Notes under the pieces: model-generated
What the model saw: only the letters and a program-made list of their open reading frames with translations
Told to the model about the DNA's origin: nothing
The model's database searches: none
Part shown: positions 63,405 through 64,000 of the stretch, piece by piece
Layout: each line of letters begins with the position of its first letter
How positions within the stretch are numbered: position 1 is the stretch's first letter
Made by a program: the position numbers and the translations under genes
Source: an uncultured Phycisphaerales bacterium
Lineage (GTDB): Bacteria > Planctomycetota > Phycisphaerae > Sedimentisphaerales > Anaerobacaceae
Direction of reading: 5' to 3'
Length of the DNA: 64,000 bases
Assembly (NCBI GenBank): GCA_963718665.1
Contig: OY970359.1
Coordinates: 2,432,001-2,496,000, forward strand

Positions 63405-64000
63405 ATGACTAATGAAAACGTCGGCAAAGAAAAGGGATACGGCATTTCACGGAGGCAACTGCTGGGTTCGGCGATGGCGGCAGGGGCGTTTACGATTATT
63501 CCGAGTTATGTGCTGGGAATGGATGGTAAAAAGCCGCCCAGCGAAAAGCTGAACATCGCGACAATCGGCGTGGGCGGTATGGGAGGCAATAATACCCGCA
63601 GATGCGCGGACGCGGGTGAGAATATAGTTGCGCTTTGCGACGTTGACGAGAAACTGCCGGGGACGGTAAGAGTTTTCAACGATTATCCCGACGCGAAGAA
63701 GTATAAAGATTTTCGCAAGATGCTCGAAGAGATGAAGAATATCGACGCGGTGATAGTCGCGACGCCTGACCATACGCACACGGTGGCGGCGATGATGGCG
63801 ATAAAGATGGGTAAGCACGTATATGTGCAGAAACCACTGACGCGTACGGTTTATGAGGCGAGGAAACTAACCGAGGCGGCGAGACAGTATAAGGTAGCGA
63901 GCCAGATGGGTAACCAGGGACATTCGGGCGAGGGAATTCGGCTGATGTGTGAGTGGATATGGGACGGGGCGATTGGGCCTGTGCGGGAGGTTCACGCGTG
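63405..64000 (+). CDS. Tat-exported Gfo/Idh/MocA oxidoreductase (partial, runs off the right edge)
   Basis: RBS AGGAG; MTNEN...SRRQLLG, IGVGGMG, ATPDHTH and QKPL by hand translation. Confidence 0.88.
   Translation, partial: MTNENVGKEKGYGISRRQLLGSAMAAGAFTIIPSYVLGMDGKKPPSEKLNIATIGVGGMGGNNTRRCADAGENIVALCDVDEKLPGTVRVFNDYPDAKKYKDFRKMLEEMKNIDAVIVATPDHTHTVAAMMAIKMGKHVYVQKPLTRTVYEARKLTEAARQYKVASQMGNQGHSGEGIRLMCEWIWDGAIGPVREVHA

Overview
Bacterial chromosomal window. Gene content suggests an anaerobic planctomycete (Phycisphaerae/Sedimentisphaerales-like; inferred from the DUF1559 prepilin-type gene, dockerin-like secreted proteins and Tat-exported Gfo/Idh/MocA tandem). From left to right it holds: (1) a polysaccharide locus (large secreted LamG/dockerin-like protein, GH44, GH2, prepilin/H-X9-DG gene, XylR, GH3, GH95, GH2); (2) a tiny Cys/Lys peptide gene; (3) an F1Fo ATP synthase operon (atpBEFHAGDC then atpZ) running into an MFS and an Aas-like acyltransferase/acyl-ligase; (4) housekeeping genes (class IV aminotransferase, rplU, U32/RlhA-like); (5) an AT-richer islet with a radical SAM enzyme, a 120-aa Cys-rich tandem-repeat peptide and a complete IS; (6) sirC-like, fumarase beta subunit, PfkB, YchF and tRNA-Arg(ACG); (7) an arabinose/fucose catabolic region; (8) a repeat-flanked Ser/Thr kinase and an HNH-AP2 gene; (9) a Gfo/Idh/MocA-TIM barrel-ThuA-HEAT cluster. 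The best candidate for a new system is the radical SAM gene plus two-core Cys-rich precursor at 32848-34535, a putative ranthipeptide/sactipeptide-like RiPP. Three genes carry frameshifts that may be assembly errors. All calls come from reading motifs by eye; no database searches were run.
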